Shown here in pieces: positions 21,954 through 32,727 of a DNA stretch of 64,000 bases. This DNA is from Pirellulales bacterium (GTDB lineage: Bacteria; Planctomycetota; Planctomycetia; Pirellulales; JADZDJ01). How positions within the stretch are numbered: position 1 is the first letter of the stretch; the number at the start of each line of letters is the position of its first letter. A program made the position numbers and the translations under genes. The DNA lies in NCBI GenBank assembly GCA_963820835.1, contig CAWGBP010000014.1, positions 5,715 to 69,714 on the forward strand, read 5' to 3'. The notes beneath the pieces are model-generated. The model was given only the letters and a program-made list of their open reading frames with translations. It did no database searches and was not told the DNA's origin.

Positions 21954-23576
21954 GTGGCTGCAAAGCAATTACTGTTTGAGAATCAGGCCCGTGCGAAAAT
22001 GCTCAAGGGCGTGGAAAAGCTGGCCGACGCCGTGGCCGTAACCATGGGTCCCACCGGCCGCAACGTGATCATCGCCAAGTCGTTCGGCGGCCCGACGGTG
22101 ACCAAAGACGGCGTGACCGTGAGCAAGGAAGTTGATCTGGAAGATCGCTTCGAGAATATGGGCGCGAAGCTGGTGAACGAAGTGGCCAGCAAAACCTCCG
22201 ACGTAGCGGGCGACGGCACGACGACTGCCACAGTTCTAGCCCGCGCCATTTTCAAGGAAGGCTGCAAAGTCATTGCTGCCGGCAGCAATCCTATGGCGGT
22301 GCGGCGCGGCATCGAGAAAGGTACCGAAGCCGCGGTGGAACATTTGAAATCGATGGCCAAGCCAGTTTCGGGCAAGTCGGAAGTCGCTCAAGTCGGGTCG
22401 ATCAGTGCCAATAGCGACAAGGAAATCGGCGATCTGCTAGCCGACGCATTGGAGAAGGTCGGCAAAGATGGTGTGATCACGGTCGAAGAAGGCAAGACGA
22501 TGGAAACCACCGTGAAATTCGTCGACGGCATGCAATTCGACAAGGGCTACATCTCGCCGTATTTCATCAATCGTCCGGCTGAAATGGATTGCTTCCTCGA
22601 AGACGCGCTCATTCTCATTTACGAAAAAAAGCTCAGTAATTTGCGCGAACTGGTGCCGGTGTTGGAGAAAGTCGCCCAGTCTGGCAAGCCGCTGTTGATC
22701 ATCGCCGAAGATGTCGAGAGCGAAGCACTCACGGCGCTCGTGGTGAATCGCCTCCGCGGCGTGCTGAACGTGTGTGCCGTGAAGGCGCCCGGCTTTGGCG
22801 ATCGCCGCAAAGCCATGCTTGGCGATATTGCCATTGTGACCGGCGGCACGCTCATCAGCGAAGATTTGGGCTTAAAGCTTGAGAATCTGGAGCTGAACCA
22901 ACTCGGCCGTGCCAAGAAGATCACCGTCGATAAAAACGACACCACGATTGTCGAAGGGGCCGGTAAGCAGGCCGATATTCAAAATCGCATCCAGCAAATT
23001 CGCAATCAAATCGAAAACACCGACAGCGAATACGATCGCGAAAAATATCAGGAGCGCCTGGCTAAGCTAACCGGCGGCGTGGCGATCATTTCCGTTGGCG
23101 CCAGCACCGAAGCCGAAATGAAGCAGAAAAAGGCCCGCGTGGAAGACGCCCTGCACGCGACCCGTGCGGCGGTTGAAGAGGGCATTCTGCCCGGCGGTGG
23201 TGTGGCGCTGGTCCGTTGCCGTGAGGCGGTCGAAAAAGCTCGCGGCGGCGCGAAAGGTGAAGAGAAAACGGGCATCGACATCGTGCTGCACGCCCTGGAG
23301 GCGCCCATGCGTCAAATTGCCGACAATTGCGGCATCGATGGCTCGGTAGTGGCCGACGAAGTGCGGTCCAAGCCAACGAACACCGGCTACGATGCCAACA
23401 GCCGCGAATACGTCGATATGGTGAAGGCCGGCATTATCGATCCGCTCAAGGTCGTTCGCACGGCGATTTCCAACGCCGCGAGCATTGCCGGCTTAATGCT
23501 TACGACCGAGGCGCTGGTAACGAATTTGGAAGATGAAGACAAGAAACTGCGAGCGCCCGAAGGCGTCGTTCGGTAA
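21954..23576 (+). CDS. groL: Chaperonin GroEL (copy 2, no GGM tail)
   Basis: [38 protein letters not shown]. Confidence 0.97.
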   Translation: MAAKQLLFENQARAKMLKGVEKLADAVAVTMGPTGRNVIIAKSFGGPTVTKDGVTVSKEVDLEDRFENMGAKLVNEVASKTSDVAGDGTTTATVLARAIFKEGCKVIAAGSNPMAVRRGIEKGTEAAVEHLKSMAKPVSGKSEVAQVGSISANSDKEIGDLLADALEKVGKDGVITVEEGKTMETTVKFVDGMQFDKGYISPYFINRPAEMDCFLEDALILIYEKKLSNLRELVPVLEKVAQSGKPLLIIAEDVESEALTALVVNRLRGVLNVCAVKAPGFGDRRKAMLGDIAIVTGGTLISEDLGLKLENLELNQLGRAKKITVDKNDTTIVEGAGKQADIQNRIQQIRNQIENTDSEYDREKYQERLAKLTGGVAIISVGASTEAEMKQKKARVEDALHATRAAVEEGILPGGGVALVRCREAVEKARGGAKGEEKTGIDIVLHALEAPMRQIADNCGIDGSVVADEVRSKPTNTGYDANSREYVDMVKAGIIDPLKVVRTAISNAASIAGLMLTTEALVTNLEDEDKKLRAPEGVVR

Positions 23577-23618
23577 ACCATTTGAACCGCCGGCTCGCTC
23601 GGTATTTTCCAATTGAGC

Positions 23619-23652
23619 CGGGCCGCTTCGATCAAGCGAGGCGGCCCGTTTT
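23619..23652 (+). terminator. Intrinsic terminator after groEL2
   Basis: Stem cgggccgcttcg / cgaggcggcccg followed by tttt. Confidence 0.7.
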
Positions 23653-23692
23653 CGATTGAGTCAAACTGCTATAATTGCTTGATAGCGACGAC

Positions 23693-24144
23693 ATGGCGGC
23701 TGAGCAATTCCTGTTTCGCGGAACGACCGATAATTGGCCAGGAAGTTTACGCGTTACAATCGGTCCGCCGGACATGCACGTCTACAGATCCTTTGGTTGC
23801 AACTTCTATTTGCCTTGGAGGCTGCTCGCAAAGGGAGGGCGGTTGTCGTCGTCGCGGACAGAGCCAAATTGAAACAGCTCGAACGAATTCCAAACCACTT
23901 TGCCGCGGTGGAGTGTGAAGTTGTTCTGGAAATATTGCCGGCGACGTTCTTGGATTTTACCTTACACGTGATTCCAGTTGCTTTGGCACGCGATAGCCTT
24001 ATTAGCATGGGGTTTGAATTGCCGCATATAATCTCGGATATTGCCCGCTTACGTGCCGAATTGAATGATACATTTAACAAAGAACAACGATTGAGCATGC
24101 GACAAACTCATGAGTTCCTCTCCCGTTGCGGAGTCTCGTTATGA
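23693..24144 (+). CDS. Putative ADP-ribosyltransferase-like toxin domain protein (two single-T frameshifts as sequenced)
   Basis: Removing one T at about 23746 and one at about 23804 gives FLFRGTT...TCTSTDPLVATLFA...VECEVVL (R-S-E-like); TGnTATAAT at 23667-23675. Confidence 0.55.
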
Positions 24145-24491
24145 ATGATCGCAACATTGAGTTTATTGTGGACGGCTTTGTCACTGGAGAATCGGGGCGA
24201 TTTTCCGTCGTCGGCCGTTGCGGCGATGAACCCATTCATGTCGGAGATACCTTCCGATGCCTATTTCGCTATAAGTCTGGGTCCTATCCGAAAGATGCTG
24301 AGATGCCTTCCTCTCGCGAGGAGAAACAGTGTCCGGTGGAATTGCGAATCGAAGGTATTCATGCCTATGAACAAGATCTCGCGGAACTTGGGCCAGGCAT
24401 GACCGGATCGATCGCTCTGCGCGGCCAGGGAGTGCAACTGGTTAGCCCGGGCTCAGTACTAGGCATGCCTTGTCCAAAATGCAATGCCTAA
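24141..24491 (+). CDS. Stand-alone EF-Tu domain II-like beta-barrel protein
   Basis: SVVGRC..IHVGD and IEGIHAY..LAELGPGMTGSIALRG...PGSVL align by eye with EF-Tu domain II; ATGA overlap with the upstream ORF. Confidence 0.6.
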   Translation: MNDRNIEFIVDGFVTGESGRFSVVGRCGDEPIHVGDTFRCLFRYKSGSYPKDAEMPSSREEKQCPVELRIEGIHAYEQDLAELGPGMTGSIALRGQGVQLVSPGSVLGMPCPKCNA

Positions 24492-24501
24492 TACTCGATC
24501 C

Positions 24502-25689
24502 ATGGCCACAATGGCAACCAAGCGCGATTACTACGAAGTGTTGGGCGTCGGGCGCAACGCTCAGCAAAAAGAGATTGCCGACGCCTATCGCAAGCTCGCG
24601 CTCAAATATCATCCCGACCGCAATCCGCACAATCCCGATGCGGCCGATCATTTTAAAGAGGCGGCTCAGGCGTTCGAGGTGCTTACCGATGACGAAAAAC
24701 GCGCCCGCTACGATCGCTATGGGCACGCCGGAGTGGAAGGCGGCGTCCACCAGTTCACGGACGTGAACGATATCTTCGAGGCGTTTGGGCAAATCTTCGG
24801 CGGCGGAGCTTTTGGCGATTTGTTCGGCGGCGGGCGCTCGTCGCGCCGCCCGCGCAAGGGGGACGATGTCGCCTGCGAACTCGAAATCGACCTGTTCGAA
24901 GCGGCTCGCGGCACGAGCAAGACGATCGAATTCGAGCGCCATGAAGCATGCCCCGAGTGCAAGGGGAGCGGGGCCAAGCTCGGCAGCAAGCCGGAAACGT
25001 GCCGCTATTGCGGCGGCCGTGGCCAAATCATGCAGTCCAGCGGCATTTTCCGCGTGCAAACAACCTGTCCCGCCTGCCACGGCGCGGGCCAATTGGTTAA
25101 AGATCCGTGCGCAAAATGTAATGGCGCAGGCTATCAACTCAAGCGCCTGTTTCGCGAGGTGAAGGTACCTGCGGGAATCGACCACGGCATGCGTATTCGC
25201 TTGACCGGGGAAGGAGAGCCCAGCCCCAATGGCGGGCCGCCGGGCGATTGCTTCTGCGTCATTAGCCTGAAGAAGCATCCGCTGTTTGAGCGCGAAGGGC
25301 ACGATCTTATTTGCCAGGTTCCGCTCAGCTATGCCCAGGCGGCGCTGGGGGCCACCATCGAAGTACCGACGCTCGAAGGCCCGGAAGAATTGGAAATTCC
25401 CGCCGGAACCCAGCCGGGCGAAGTGTTTAAGCTTCGCCGCCGCGGCATGCCCGATCCGCGCGGCAAGGCGAAGGGAGATTTGCTCGTGCTGGTGAGTTTA
25501 GAGGTGCCCAAGTCGCTCACGGCTCAGCAAGAAAAGCTGCTGCGCGATTTGGCCACCGAAGAACGCACTAATGTGAGCGCCCACCGCAAATCGTTCCTGG
25601 AGAAATTGAAATCGTATTTCGTTCCGGCCGACGAGCCGGCGCAGGAAATGGAGGAACAACATGGCCAACGTAAACAAAAATCGAAATGA
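24502..25689 (+). CDS. dnaJ: Chaperone DnaJ
   Basis: RDYYEVLGV, HPD, G/F region, four CxxCxGxG repeats. Confidence 0.97.
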   Translation: MATMATKRDYYEVLGVGRNAQQKEIADAYRKLALKYHPDRNPHNPDAADHFKEAAQAFEVLTDDEKRARYDRYGHAGVEGGVHQFTDVNDIFEAFGQIFGGGAFGDLFGGGRSSRRPRKGDDVACELEIDLFEAARGTSKTIEFERHEACPECKGSGAKLGSKPETCRYCGGRGQIMQSSGIFRVQTTCPACHGAGQLVKDPCAKCNGAGYQLKRLFREVKVPAGIDHGMRIRLTGEGEPSPNGGPPGDCFCVISLKKHPLFEREGHDLICQVPLSYAQAALGATIEVPTLEGPEELEIPAGTQPGEVFKLRRRGMPDPRGKAKGDLLVLVSLEVPKSLTAQQEKLLRDLATEERTNVSAHRKSFLEKLKSYFVPADEPAQEMEEQHGQRKQKSK

Positions 25690-26206
25690 AGCCGGCGGCG
25701 GCGACGGCCCGGCCGACGATTTGGCGGCCGCCACCGACGAGATGACCGCCGATCAGGAAATGGATTTGGTGCGCGGCGAGCTCGGCGAAGCCCGCGACAA
25801 AATGCTGCGCGCCCAGGCCGAACTCGATAACTATCGCAAACGCGCCCGCCGCGAACTGGAAGACGAGCGCAAATATGCCGAAATCAATTTGCTGCGCGAC
25901 CTGTTGCCGGTTCACGACAATATCGTGCGGGCGATCGAAGCAGCCGGCAAAAAGGCCGACGCGACCGCGCTCTTAGAAGGGCTGAAAATCGTCCGCAAGC
26001 AGCTCGATTCCGTGCTGGAAAAACACCATTGCGAGCCTATTACGGGTGAGGGGCTTCCCTTCGATCCGGCCATGCACAACGCGATGATGCAGCAACCGAG
26101 CCCCGAACATCCCGAAAATACCGTGCTCAACATCGTGCAATCGGGCTACCACTTGCACGACCGCGTGCTGCGGCCGGCGCAGGTGATCGTTTCGAAAAAA
26201 GAATGA
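25661..26206 (+). CDS. grpE: Nucleotide exchange factor GrpE
   Basis: AELDNYRKR, FDPAMHNAM, GYHLHDRVLRPAQV. Confidence 0.95.
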   Translation: MANVNKNRNEAGGGDGPADDLAAATDEMTADQEMDLVRGELGEARDKMLRAQAELDNYRKRARRELEDERKYAEINLLRDLLPVHDNIVRAIEAAGKKADATALLEGLKIVRKQLDSVLEKHHCEPITGEGLPFDPAMHNAMMQQPSPEHPENTVLNIVQSGYHLHDRVLRPAQVIVSKKE

Positions 26207-26279
26207 TAGCAGAGTAGCCAAGTCGAATCTAGAATCCTCACTCGTTGCATCGTCTCTTGTGACCCCTGACCCGTTCCGC

Positions 26280-26618
26280 ATGCCTACTTACGACTACGTT
26301 TGCGACGCTTGCAACCACGCGTTCGAGCAGTTTCAATCGATCACAGCCGAAGCGCTGCGCAAATGCCCCAAGTGCGGCAAGAAGAAGCTGCGCCGGCTCA
26401 TCGGCACCGGCGCCGCCATCATGTTCAAAGGTTCGGGATTCTATAAGACCGATTACCGCAGCGATTCGTACAAGAAGCGCGCCGAGGCCGATAAGCCTGC
26501 CAGCGACTCAAAATCGGATGGCGGCAAAGCGGAGAAAAAGGCCGATTCGAAATCGGAGACTAAATCGGAATCGTCGAGCTCCAAGAGCGCCGAAAAAAAA
26601 TCGCCAGGCAAAAAATAG
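26280..26618 (+). CDS. FmdB family zinc-ribbon protein
   Basis: MPTYDYVCDAC...CPKCG...FKGSGFYKTDY. Confidence 0.9.
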   Translation: MPTYDYVCDACNHAFEQFQSITAEALRKCPKCGKKKLRRLIGTGAAIMFKGSGFYKTDYRSDSYKKRAEADKPASDSKSDGGKAEKKADSKSETKSESSSSKSAEKKSPGKK

Positions 26619-26629
26619 CCGCACGTTCC

Positions 26630-26815
26630 ATGGCCACGCTCATTTGTCCGATCTGCGGCAAGTCGTTCGAATCGGACAAGTCTCAATCGCTTCCATTCTG
26701 TGACGAGCGTTGCAAGCAGATCGATTTTTCGCGCTGGCTGGATGAGAAATACCCGCTTCCCTTCGAACGCACAATCGAGCCCAGCGAAGACGACGGCGAT
26801 TCGGTCGATTCATAA
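26630..26815 (+). CDS. yacG: DNA gyrase inhibitor YacG-like zinc finger
   Basis: CPICGK...PFCDERCKQIDFSRWLDEKY. Confidence 0.85.
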   Translation: MATLICPICGKSFESDKSQSLPFCDERCKQIDFSRWLDEKYPLPFERTIEPSEDDGDSVDS

Positions 26816-27052
26816 TCGTTGTCGATCAAGACCGTTTGAAGCGTTGCATTTGGCCGCCAGACGTGCTCTTTGCGATCCACCAGCATCGCCAAAATCGCTG
26901 TTGCCGAGCGAGACTTCCGCCTTATAATGCCGATCAACCTATCTTTCCTGGCTTGCCGCAAATGCGTTGTTTCTGGCTTTTATGCTAGATTTTAGGGGCT
27001 TGCCAGACAATCAGAACTGAAGACTGCCGGTACCCGCACCGGGGAGATCCGC

Positions 27053-28272
27053 ATGGCCGACAACGAACAATGTATTCGCGAAATTCGCTGGAATGAACTC
27101 TTTCCTTGGCTCGGTTTAGTGCGAGCCGTGCGGCTGGCGTTCGCCCCGCGAATGCTGATTCTGGCCGCCCTAGGTTTAGCGGCCACAAGCGCCGGTTGGC
27201 GAGTGATTGGATACGTATTTGAGGGGACCGACCAACCGGCTCTTAAAGAATTGACAACACACAGTTTTGAACCTGGGTCCATGCTTCCGAGCGAACCGCC
27301 GGGAGTCAGCATCAGCGTGTTGGATCCAGCCACCAGCGCCGCTCAATGGCCATGGAATGTTTTGAGTTCGCCATTTCGCGAATTATTCGAAGTGAATAAG
27401 TGGAACGTCACGGTCGCACTATTCACCTATCTGCTGCTGTGCGGATTGTGGGCAGTGATCGTTTGGTCGCTGTTCGGCGGTGCGCTCATGCGCATTGCAG
27501 CGCTTTGGTTTACGCGCGAAGATCGGCTAAGTTTTCGTAAAGCTCTGCTAGGTTGGGCGGTTTTCAAATGGCCCGCATATGTCGGCGGCCCGCTGTTTCC
27601 GCTGTTAGGCGTGCTGTTGGCGGTGATTCCAATTGCACTGCTCGGAATTTTGTTGAAGCTCGATGCCGGTGTGCTGGTGCTAGGCATTGTGTGGCCGCTT
27701 GTGCTCGCGTGCGGATTCTTTTTAGCCATCTTGCTCGTGGGCTTGCTCTTCGGCTGGCCTTTGATGTGGCCGACCATCAGCGCCGAAGGAACCGACAGCT
27801 TCGATGCCTTAAGCCGCTCGTATTCGTATACCTATCAGCGTCCTGTGCATTATCTGTTCTATGCGGCGGTGGCGGGGATTTTGGGAATGTTGGCATGGGT
27901 CGTAGTGATCATCTTCGCCAACGGCGTCATCAGCTATAGCTACTGGGCGGCTAGCTGGGGCAGCGGCGGTGGGAGAATGGAAGAAATTCGCGCTTACGTC
28001 GAGGGAGCCGCGGGTGTGCTGCCAGAACCCACCTCGACCATGCGCTGGGCGCAGCGGCGATCGGGTTTTGGGTAAGCGTCGTAAAAATCGTTGCTGTCGG
28101 TTTCTTGTTCAGCTACTTCTGGAGCGCGGCCACGTACATTTATTTCTTATTGCGGCAATCGGTCGATGCCACCGAAATGGACGAGGTCGCCGTCGAAGAG
28201 GAAACCGAAAGCTACGGTTTGCCCCCGCTAACCAACGAAGGCGGCGTTCCGCAAGTAGCGGAAGGACAGTAA
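27053..28272 (+). CDS. Multi-pass membrane protein (frameshift at about 28045)
   Basis: Several TM helices, EGTDSFDALSRSYSY; continues in another frame (SYFWSAATYIYFLLRQSVDATEMDEV) to TAA at 28272. Confidence 0.75.
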
Positions 28273-28324
28273 GCGGGCGGCGACTCTGGCCATAGGCTCG
28301 CTTCACTCGCAAATTCGGTTCATT

Positions 28325-28687
28325 TCATACCAAGAATTGCTTTAATAGCGCGATCATTCGCGCCGCAAACTGCCCGCGTGGCAGCACAAGATCGCAGCCG
28401 GCCGCTTGGGCAGCAGCTAATTTCTCCTCTTGCACGTGCGGGCCGAACGCAACGATCGCCCGCGGCGAATTCGCAAGCGCCCTCAGCATTGGGACGAGTT
28501 GCTTCACATCCAATCCCGGGCAATTCAAATCGATCAGCACGAGGCTTTTCTCATTCGCAGCCTCTTGCAGCTTTGCCACCAGCGCCTCCGAATTGGCCAC
28601 AGTCTCCAGCCGTGCGCCCAGTTGCGCTGCGATTCCACTTACGCGCGACGGAAACACAAGATCGCTGGTGAGAAACAAAATTAGCAT
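28325..28687 (-). CDS. Atypical single-domain receiver-like protein
   Basis: SDLVFPSRV, LVLIDL, VAFGPHV, AGCDLVLPR. Confidence 0.75.
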   Translation of the reverse strand: MLILFLTSDLVFPSRVSGIAAQLGARLETVANSEALVAKLQEAANEKSLVLIDLNCPGLDVKQLVPMLRALANSPRAIVAFGPHVQEEKLAAAQAAGCDLVLPRGQFAARMIALLKQFLV

Positions 28688-28688
28688 G

Positions 28689-28808
28689 GCAGCAAAGGCA
28701 GAAGGCAAAAAAACAAAAGGCAGAAGGACGCTGTGACCCAAAGCTAACGGAGCGCACAACCAGAAATCGAATTCCTCTTTCTGCTTTCTGCAGTCTGCCT
28801 TCTGCCTT
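28689..28808. repeat. Inverted pair of 7-bp tandem repeats (aggcaga / ttctgcc family)
   Basis: Same unit family as 8577-8662 with a shared exact 23-mer. Confidence 0.65.
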
Positions 28809-28809
28809 A

Positions 28810-29157
28810 TCACACCGCTTCCGGCCCGCGCATCGGTCCGGCAATTGAAATACACTCATCGGCCGGCAATACAAAAATTTTGCCATCGCCAATTTCACCT
28901 TCGGTGCCGGTGCGGGCCACGTGAGAAATTGCTTCGACGGTGCGGTCCAGAAAATCGTCGTTCACGATGATCTCCAAGGCTATTTTCCGTAACAATTGCG
29001 TTTTGTATTCGTGACCGCGGTACATTGCGGTGCGGCCGCGCTGGCGGCCGTAGCCTTGCGCATCGCACACCGTCATGCGCGTAACTTCGATTTTCGTTAG
29101 CGCCTGCCGCACGGCTTCGAGCTTGGTCGGTTGAATGACGGCGATGATCAATTTCAT
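28810..29157 (-). CDS. glnB: P-II family nitrogen regulator
   Basis: MKLIIAVIQPTKL, GYGRQRG, YRGHEY T-loop, GEIGDGKIFV (glnB versus glnK not resolved). Confidence 0.88.
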   Translation of the reverse strand: MKLIIAVIQPTKLEAVRQALTKIEVTRMTVCDAQGYGRQRGRTAMYRGHEYKTQLLRKIALEIIVNDDFLDRTVEAISHVARTGTEGEIGDGKIFVLPADECISIAGPMRGPEAV

Positions 29158-29313
29158 CGCGAAGTGCTCCGGAGAACATTGGGTGCCGAAAAACCAATCG
29201 CCAAGATAACGCGGGAGGGCCCAAGCTTCAATGCGCGAAAATTCGCGCTTGCCGCGAAAGCGGTTCGGCAAGCGAACCGCAGCGCCACAAATGATGGCGC
29301 AATTTCTTCGAAG

Positions 29314-32172
29314 CTACGGCGCGGTCAATTCCATGTGCGCGTCGAGCACTTTGCCAATTCGGGCTGAGCTTTCGGTCAAATGGTCGCGCGTGTAATCGTC
29401 GAGCTTCACGTTGCTCGCCAAGAGCTTATTCATGCGCTCTTGCAGCGACTTGAGCTCGGCGAATGCCACGGTTTGACAATCGGCCGGCGCGTGGATCACC
29501 CGCAGGCCGCTGGCCGAATCACCGGGCATATAGAGTTCCGAATTGCCCATTGCCAGGCTCGACAAGCGGTCGAGGTACTCGCGCTGCAAATTTCGCCGCA
29601 AACTGCTGATCGCCGGCTTGCGATTGGTGTATTCGCCCCCCTGGACGCTATCGACCTCCGAAAAAATCGTCTTTGTCAGCCGGTTAAGCAACTCGGCGGT
29701 CGTAAAAGCATCTTGATCGGTGGGCACCTTCAACTCGCTGTCGTGCAACCGATCGAGCGTAATGGGTGACATCAACTGGTCGAGTATGTTGTCCTGCCAC
29801 ATGGCAATCACCTCATGGATCGGGTAATCGCTGCGCAGCGGCACTTCCATTCCCCAATGGTCCCACCGCGAAGAGGCCAAATGATTGTAGAACTCCGGCG
29901 GGAAATCGAACGGCTTATCGCTGAACACTTGCCGTTGGAGCAAATCGAGCGCTTCGCGCTGTTTCTTGGCATCGACCACGACAAACGGATCGGCCGCATT
30001 CGCGTCCCCCTTGTGGCTGCGGTTCAAATACGTGCCGCCCACATAGCGGGCCGCAAAGTGCATCGCCCGGCCGTAATTTGCCAAAAGCACGCCAAAGGTT
30101 TGGCGGGCGCGCTGGTATCCTTCGCCTTCTTTGACAACCCGATCGAGCACCGTCGACCACAGCCCGGAAATCAATTCGGCCCGCTGCTTGGCGTATTCAA
30201 CAACGTCGCTGCCCAAGTCGAACTGGTTGGAAAGTGGATCGGCATCAATGCTCAATCCCTCGCGGCTGCCGCGCGTGTCTTCATCGGTGGCATAGCGCAA
30301 CGCCGGCTCGGCACTGCGCGAGGTAATTTTGTCGAGTTCCTTTTTCTCTCCCTCGGACGAACCGGCCGACAGCGGCTTATAGCCATATTCAATGGCCCAC
30401 ATGTCGTACGGCCCGATGGTCGAGGAATAATAATCCCCCTGCTTTTTCCCCTTGGGTGCAATGTTGATCGGGGCGTAATCCATGACCGAGGCCGTCAGCC
30501 CGGTCTCCTTTGTTTTTTCAGGATTTTGAATGTCATCCAGCGACAAATAGGCACTGGCCTTGAAGTTATGCCGCAGCCCGAGCGTGTGTCCCACTTCGTG
30601 CATCGTTACTTCTTTCAAGCCTTGACGCACGAGCTTTTCCAGTTCAACCCCCGATTTTTCAGGATCGCTTGCCGTCAAAATCGCGCCGCCGAATGCGAAA
30701 TCCATAGAGCGCGCTGAAGCCAGCTCGCAATCGTTGTGTACCGAGGCAAATTCGCTCGCGTTCGGGTGCAACAAATTCGGCTTGGAGCCCAATTCCATCG
30801 TGCCCCCCGTGAGCGCGCCAATGTTCTGCGGCGTGAACGTTTCGTAACTGGTTTTCCACGCCCTCAGAAAATCGGAATCGAAGATGATTTGTGCATTAAG
30901 AATTTGTCCGTTGGTCGGATTCACGCGCGAGGGGCCCATCGCCGCGGAATACTTAGTATTCGTGGTAATCCAGCGGAACGTGTTGTAATTAATATCTTCG
31001 GGGTCCCAATCGGCGTTGTCGGGCTGTTGGCGCACTTCAATCGCGTTCACAAAGCCAGCCTTTTCCAGCGCCTTGTTCCACTCCAGAATCCCTTCGCGAA
31101 TCGGCGCACGATACTTATAGGGAATGGTCTTCTCGAGCCAGAACACAATCGGCTTTTTCGGCGGCGAGACATCGGAGCTCGAATCGGCCTTCGCCAAATC
31201 CCAGCGGTTGATGTACCGCACAAACTGCTCGTCGTCTCCTTTTTGTGAGTAATCCTTTAAGACCGTGAGGAAATAACCCACGCGATCGTCGGCCAGCCGC
31301 GGCTTGTAGCCGTTCGAGGGCAAATAGCTAAGCGAGTAGTGCACATTCACAGTCGCGCCGCGCGTGTCGGGCACATTGTCCATTTCCCGCGTGCCGCTGG
31401 AGGCATAGGTGGCGGCCACTTCGAGTTCGTCGTTGTCGGGAAATGCTTTCACCGTGGCCCAAGTCGAACGCTGCGGCGAGAAGCTGAAGCCTGGCAGATC
31501 GTGGGCCAGCATGGGTAAGTCGGTCATGAACACGCTGTTCAAATCGACAACGTATGCACCCGACGGGGAGATGGTCACAATTGGCAAGCTAAACAAAATG
31601 CTGTCGGTAAAGCCCAATCCCACGGCCTTCTCTTCGGGGCTGCCTTTGTTCGCGGTAAATCGCACGTTGCGGCGAACCACGTAGATAAAATCGTCGACTT
31701 TGCGGAACTGCCAAATCCAGTCGTCGCCGAAGTTCAGGCTCATGCCGCCAAGCAGCGAACCCTGCCCAATGCCTTTGGCAATCGAAATGACAATGATGAA
31801 ATCTTTGTTCAATTGGCTGGGCGAAATCTCCGCGTAAACGGTACCTCCTTTGTGATCGAGCTTGATGAGGCCGGGGACAACGTCGGCTTCTTTCACCACT
31901 TCAGCATAGGGGCGATATTTCGATTTCGTTTCGCTCGACGACGATTTGGACTTCTCATCACTGCTTTTGGAGCTCGACGACTCGCTTGACTCAGTGGCCG
32001 CTTCGGTCTTGACCTGCTTGCTTTCCGATTTATCCCCCGATTTTTCTCCTCCCTTATCGCCTGCCTTTGCCTCATCGGCCAGCGCCACCCGGCTCATGTT
32101 GGCCAATCCCAATCCAAAGCCAAACGCGGCAGCAAGCGCCAGAGCCCAAGCAAATCGGCATGAAATTGCCAT
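29314..32172 (-). CDS. Secreted zinc-dependent metalloprotease (DUF5117/DUF4953 type)
   Basis: HEVGHTLGLRHN zincin motif, SVMDY Met-turn, PRLADDRVGYF, N-terminal signal peptide. Confidence 0.88.
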   Translation of the reverse strand: MAISCRFAWALALAAAFGFGLGLANMSRVALADEAKAGDKGGEKSGDKSESKQVKTEAATESSESSSSKSSDEKSKSSSSETKSKYRPYAEVVKEADVVPGLIKLDHKGGTVYAEISPSQLNKDFIIVISIAKGIGQGSLLGGMSLNFGDDWIWQFRKVDDFIYVVRRNVRFTANKGSPEEKAVGLGFTDSILFSLPIVTISPSGAYVVDLNSVFMTDLPMLAHDLPGFSFSPQRSTWATVKAFPDNDELEVAATYASSGTREMDNVPDTRGATVNVHYSLSYLPSNGYKPRLADDRVGYFLTVLKDYSQKGDDEQFVRYINRWDLAKADSSSDVSPPKKPIVFWLEKTIPYKYRAPIREGILEWNKALEKAGFVNAIEVRQQPDNADWDPEDINYNTFRWITTNTKYSAAMGPSRVNPTNGQILNAQIIFDSDFLRAWKTSYETFTPQNIGALTGGTMELGSKPNLLHPNASEFASVHNDCELASARSMDFAFGGAILTASDPEKSGVELEKLVRQGLKEVTMHEVGHTLGLRHNFKASAYLSLDDIQNPEKTKETGLTASVMDYAPINIAPKGKKQGDYYSSTIGPYDMWAIEYGYKPLSAGSSEGEKKELDKITSRSAEPALRYATDEDTRGSREGLSIDADPLSNQFDLGSDVVEYAKQRAELISGLWSTVLDRVVKEGEGYQRARQTFGVLLANYGRAMHFAARYVGGTYLNRSHKGDANAADPFVVVDAKKQREALDLLQRQVFSDKPFDFPPEFYNHLASSRWDHWGMEVPLRSDYPIHEVIAMWQDNILDQLMSPITLDRLHDSELKVPTDQDAFTTAELLNRLTKTIFSEVDSVQGGEYTNRKPAISSLRRNLQREYLDRLSSLAMGNSELYMPGDSASGLRVIHAPADCQTVAFAELKSLQERMNKLLASNVKLDDYTRDHLTESSARIGKVLDAHMELTAP

Positions 32173-32727
32173 CGAACGAATCCTCAGCAAGAAAGAAACG
32201 GGGTCGCTTAATATTGCTCGGACGGCGAGAGATTGCCTGGCCCGAGCGCCGTCTGTGATGCAGCACATCCCTATCAGTACATCTTATCTGCCTTACGGAC
32301 GGGAAAACAATCGGGTTCTGTAAGCTAGGCAAGCCGTTACCGACGTTTCACCACGCCTGCTCGGCGGCCAACTTCATTATATTTGAAACCAGATTGATCC
32401 GGCGAGCGCAAGCCATTTAGTCCGGCCACAATCGAACATTTGCCGCCATTGCGACCTGTATAACCCCAACCCGACTCCAGCCGCACTTGAGGGCATTGAT
32501 GAAGGCTTTTTTGTCGATCGCCGGAGTATATTCCGCTGGCTGCGTCCTGCTTACGATGGTGATAGGATCCAATGCAGGTTTCCGCGTCCAAGAAACGCCT
32601 GGGCCAGCCGGCGGCATCCCCCAAATTGCTCTGTTTCGCCGTGGTCTGCTAAATTAACATCTTGGCTTGGAAAGAGTTGCTGCCCCAAGCCATTTCTGCG
32701 CTTTTTGACAATGTCGAGGTATTTGGA

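Noticed and set aside
32173-32727. ORFs or an ncRNA in the 550-bp gap between the metalloprotease and dsbD
   Set aside because: Short ORFs without RBS or motifs and no recognisable RNA family; probably divergent promoters.
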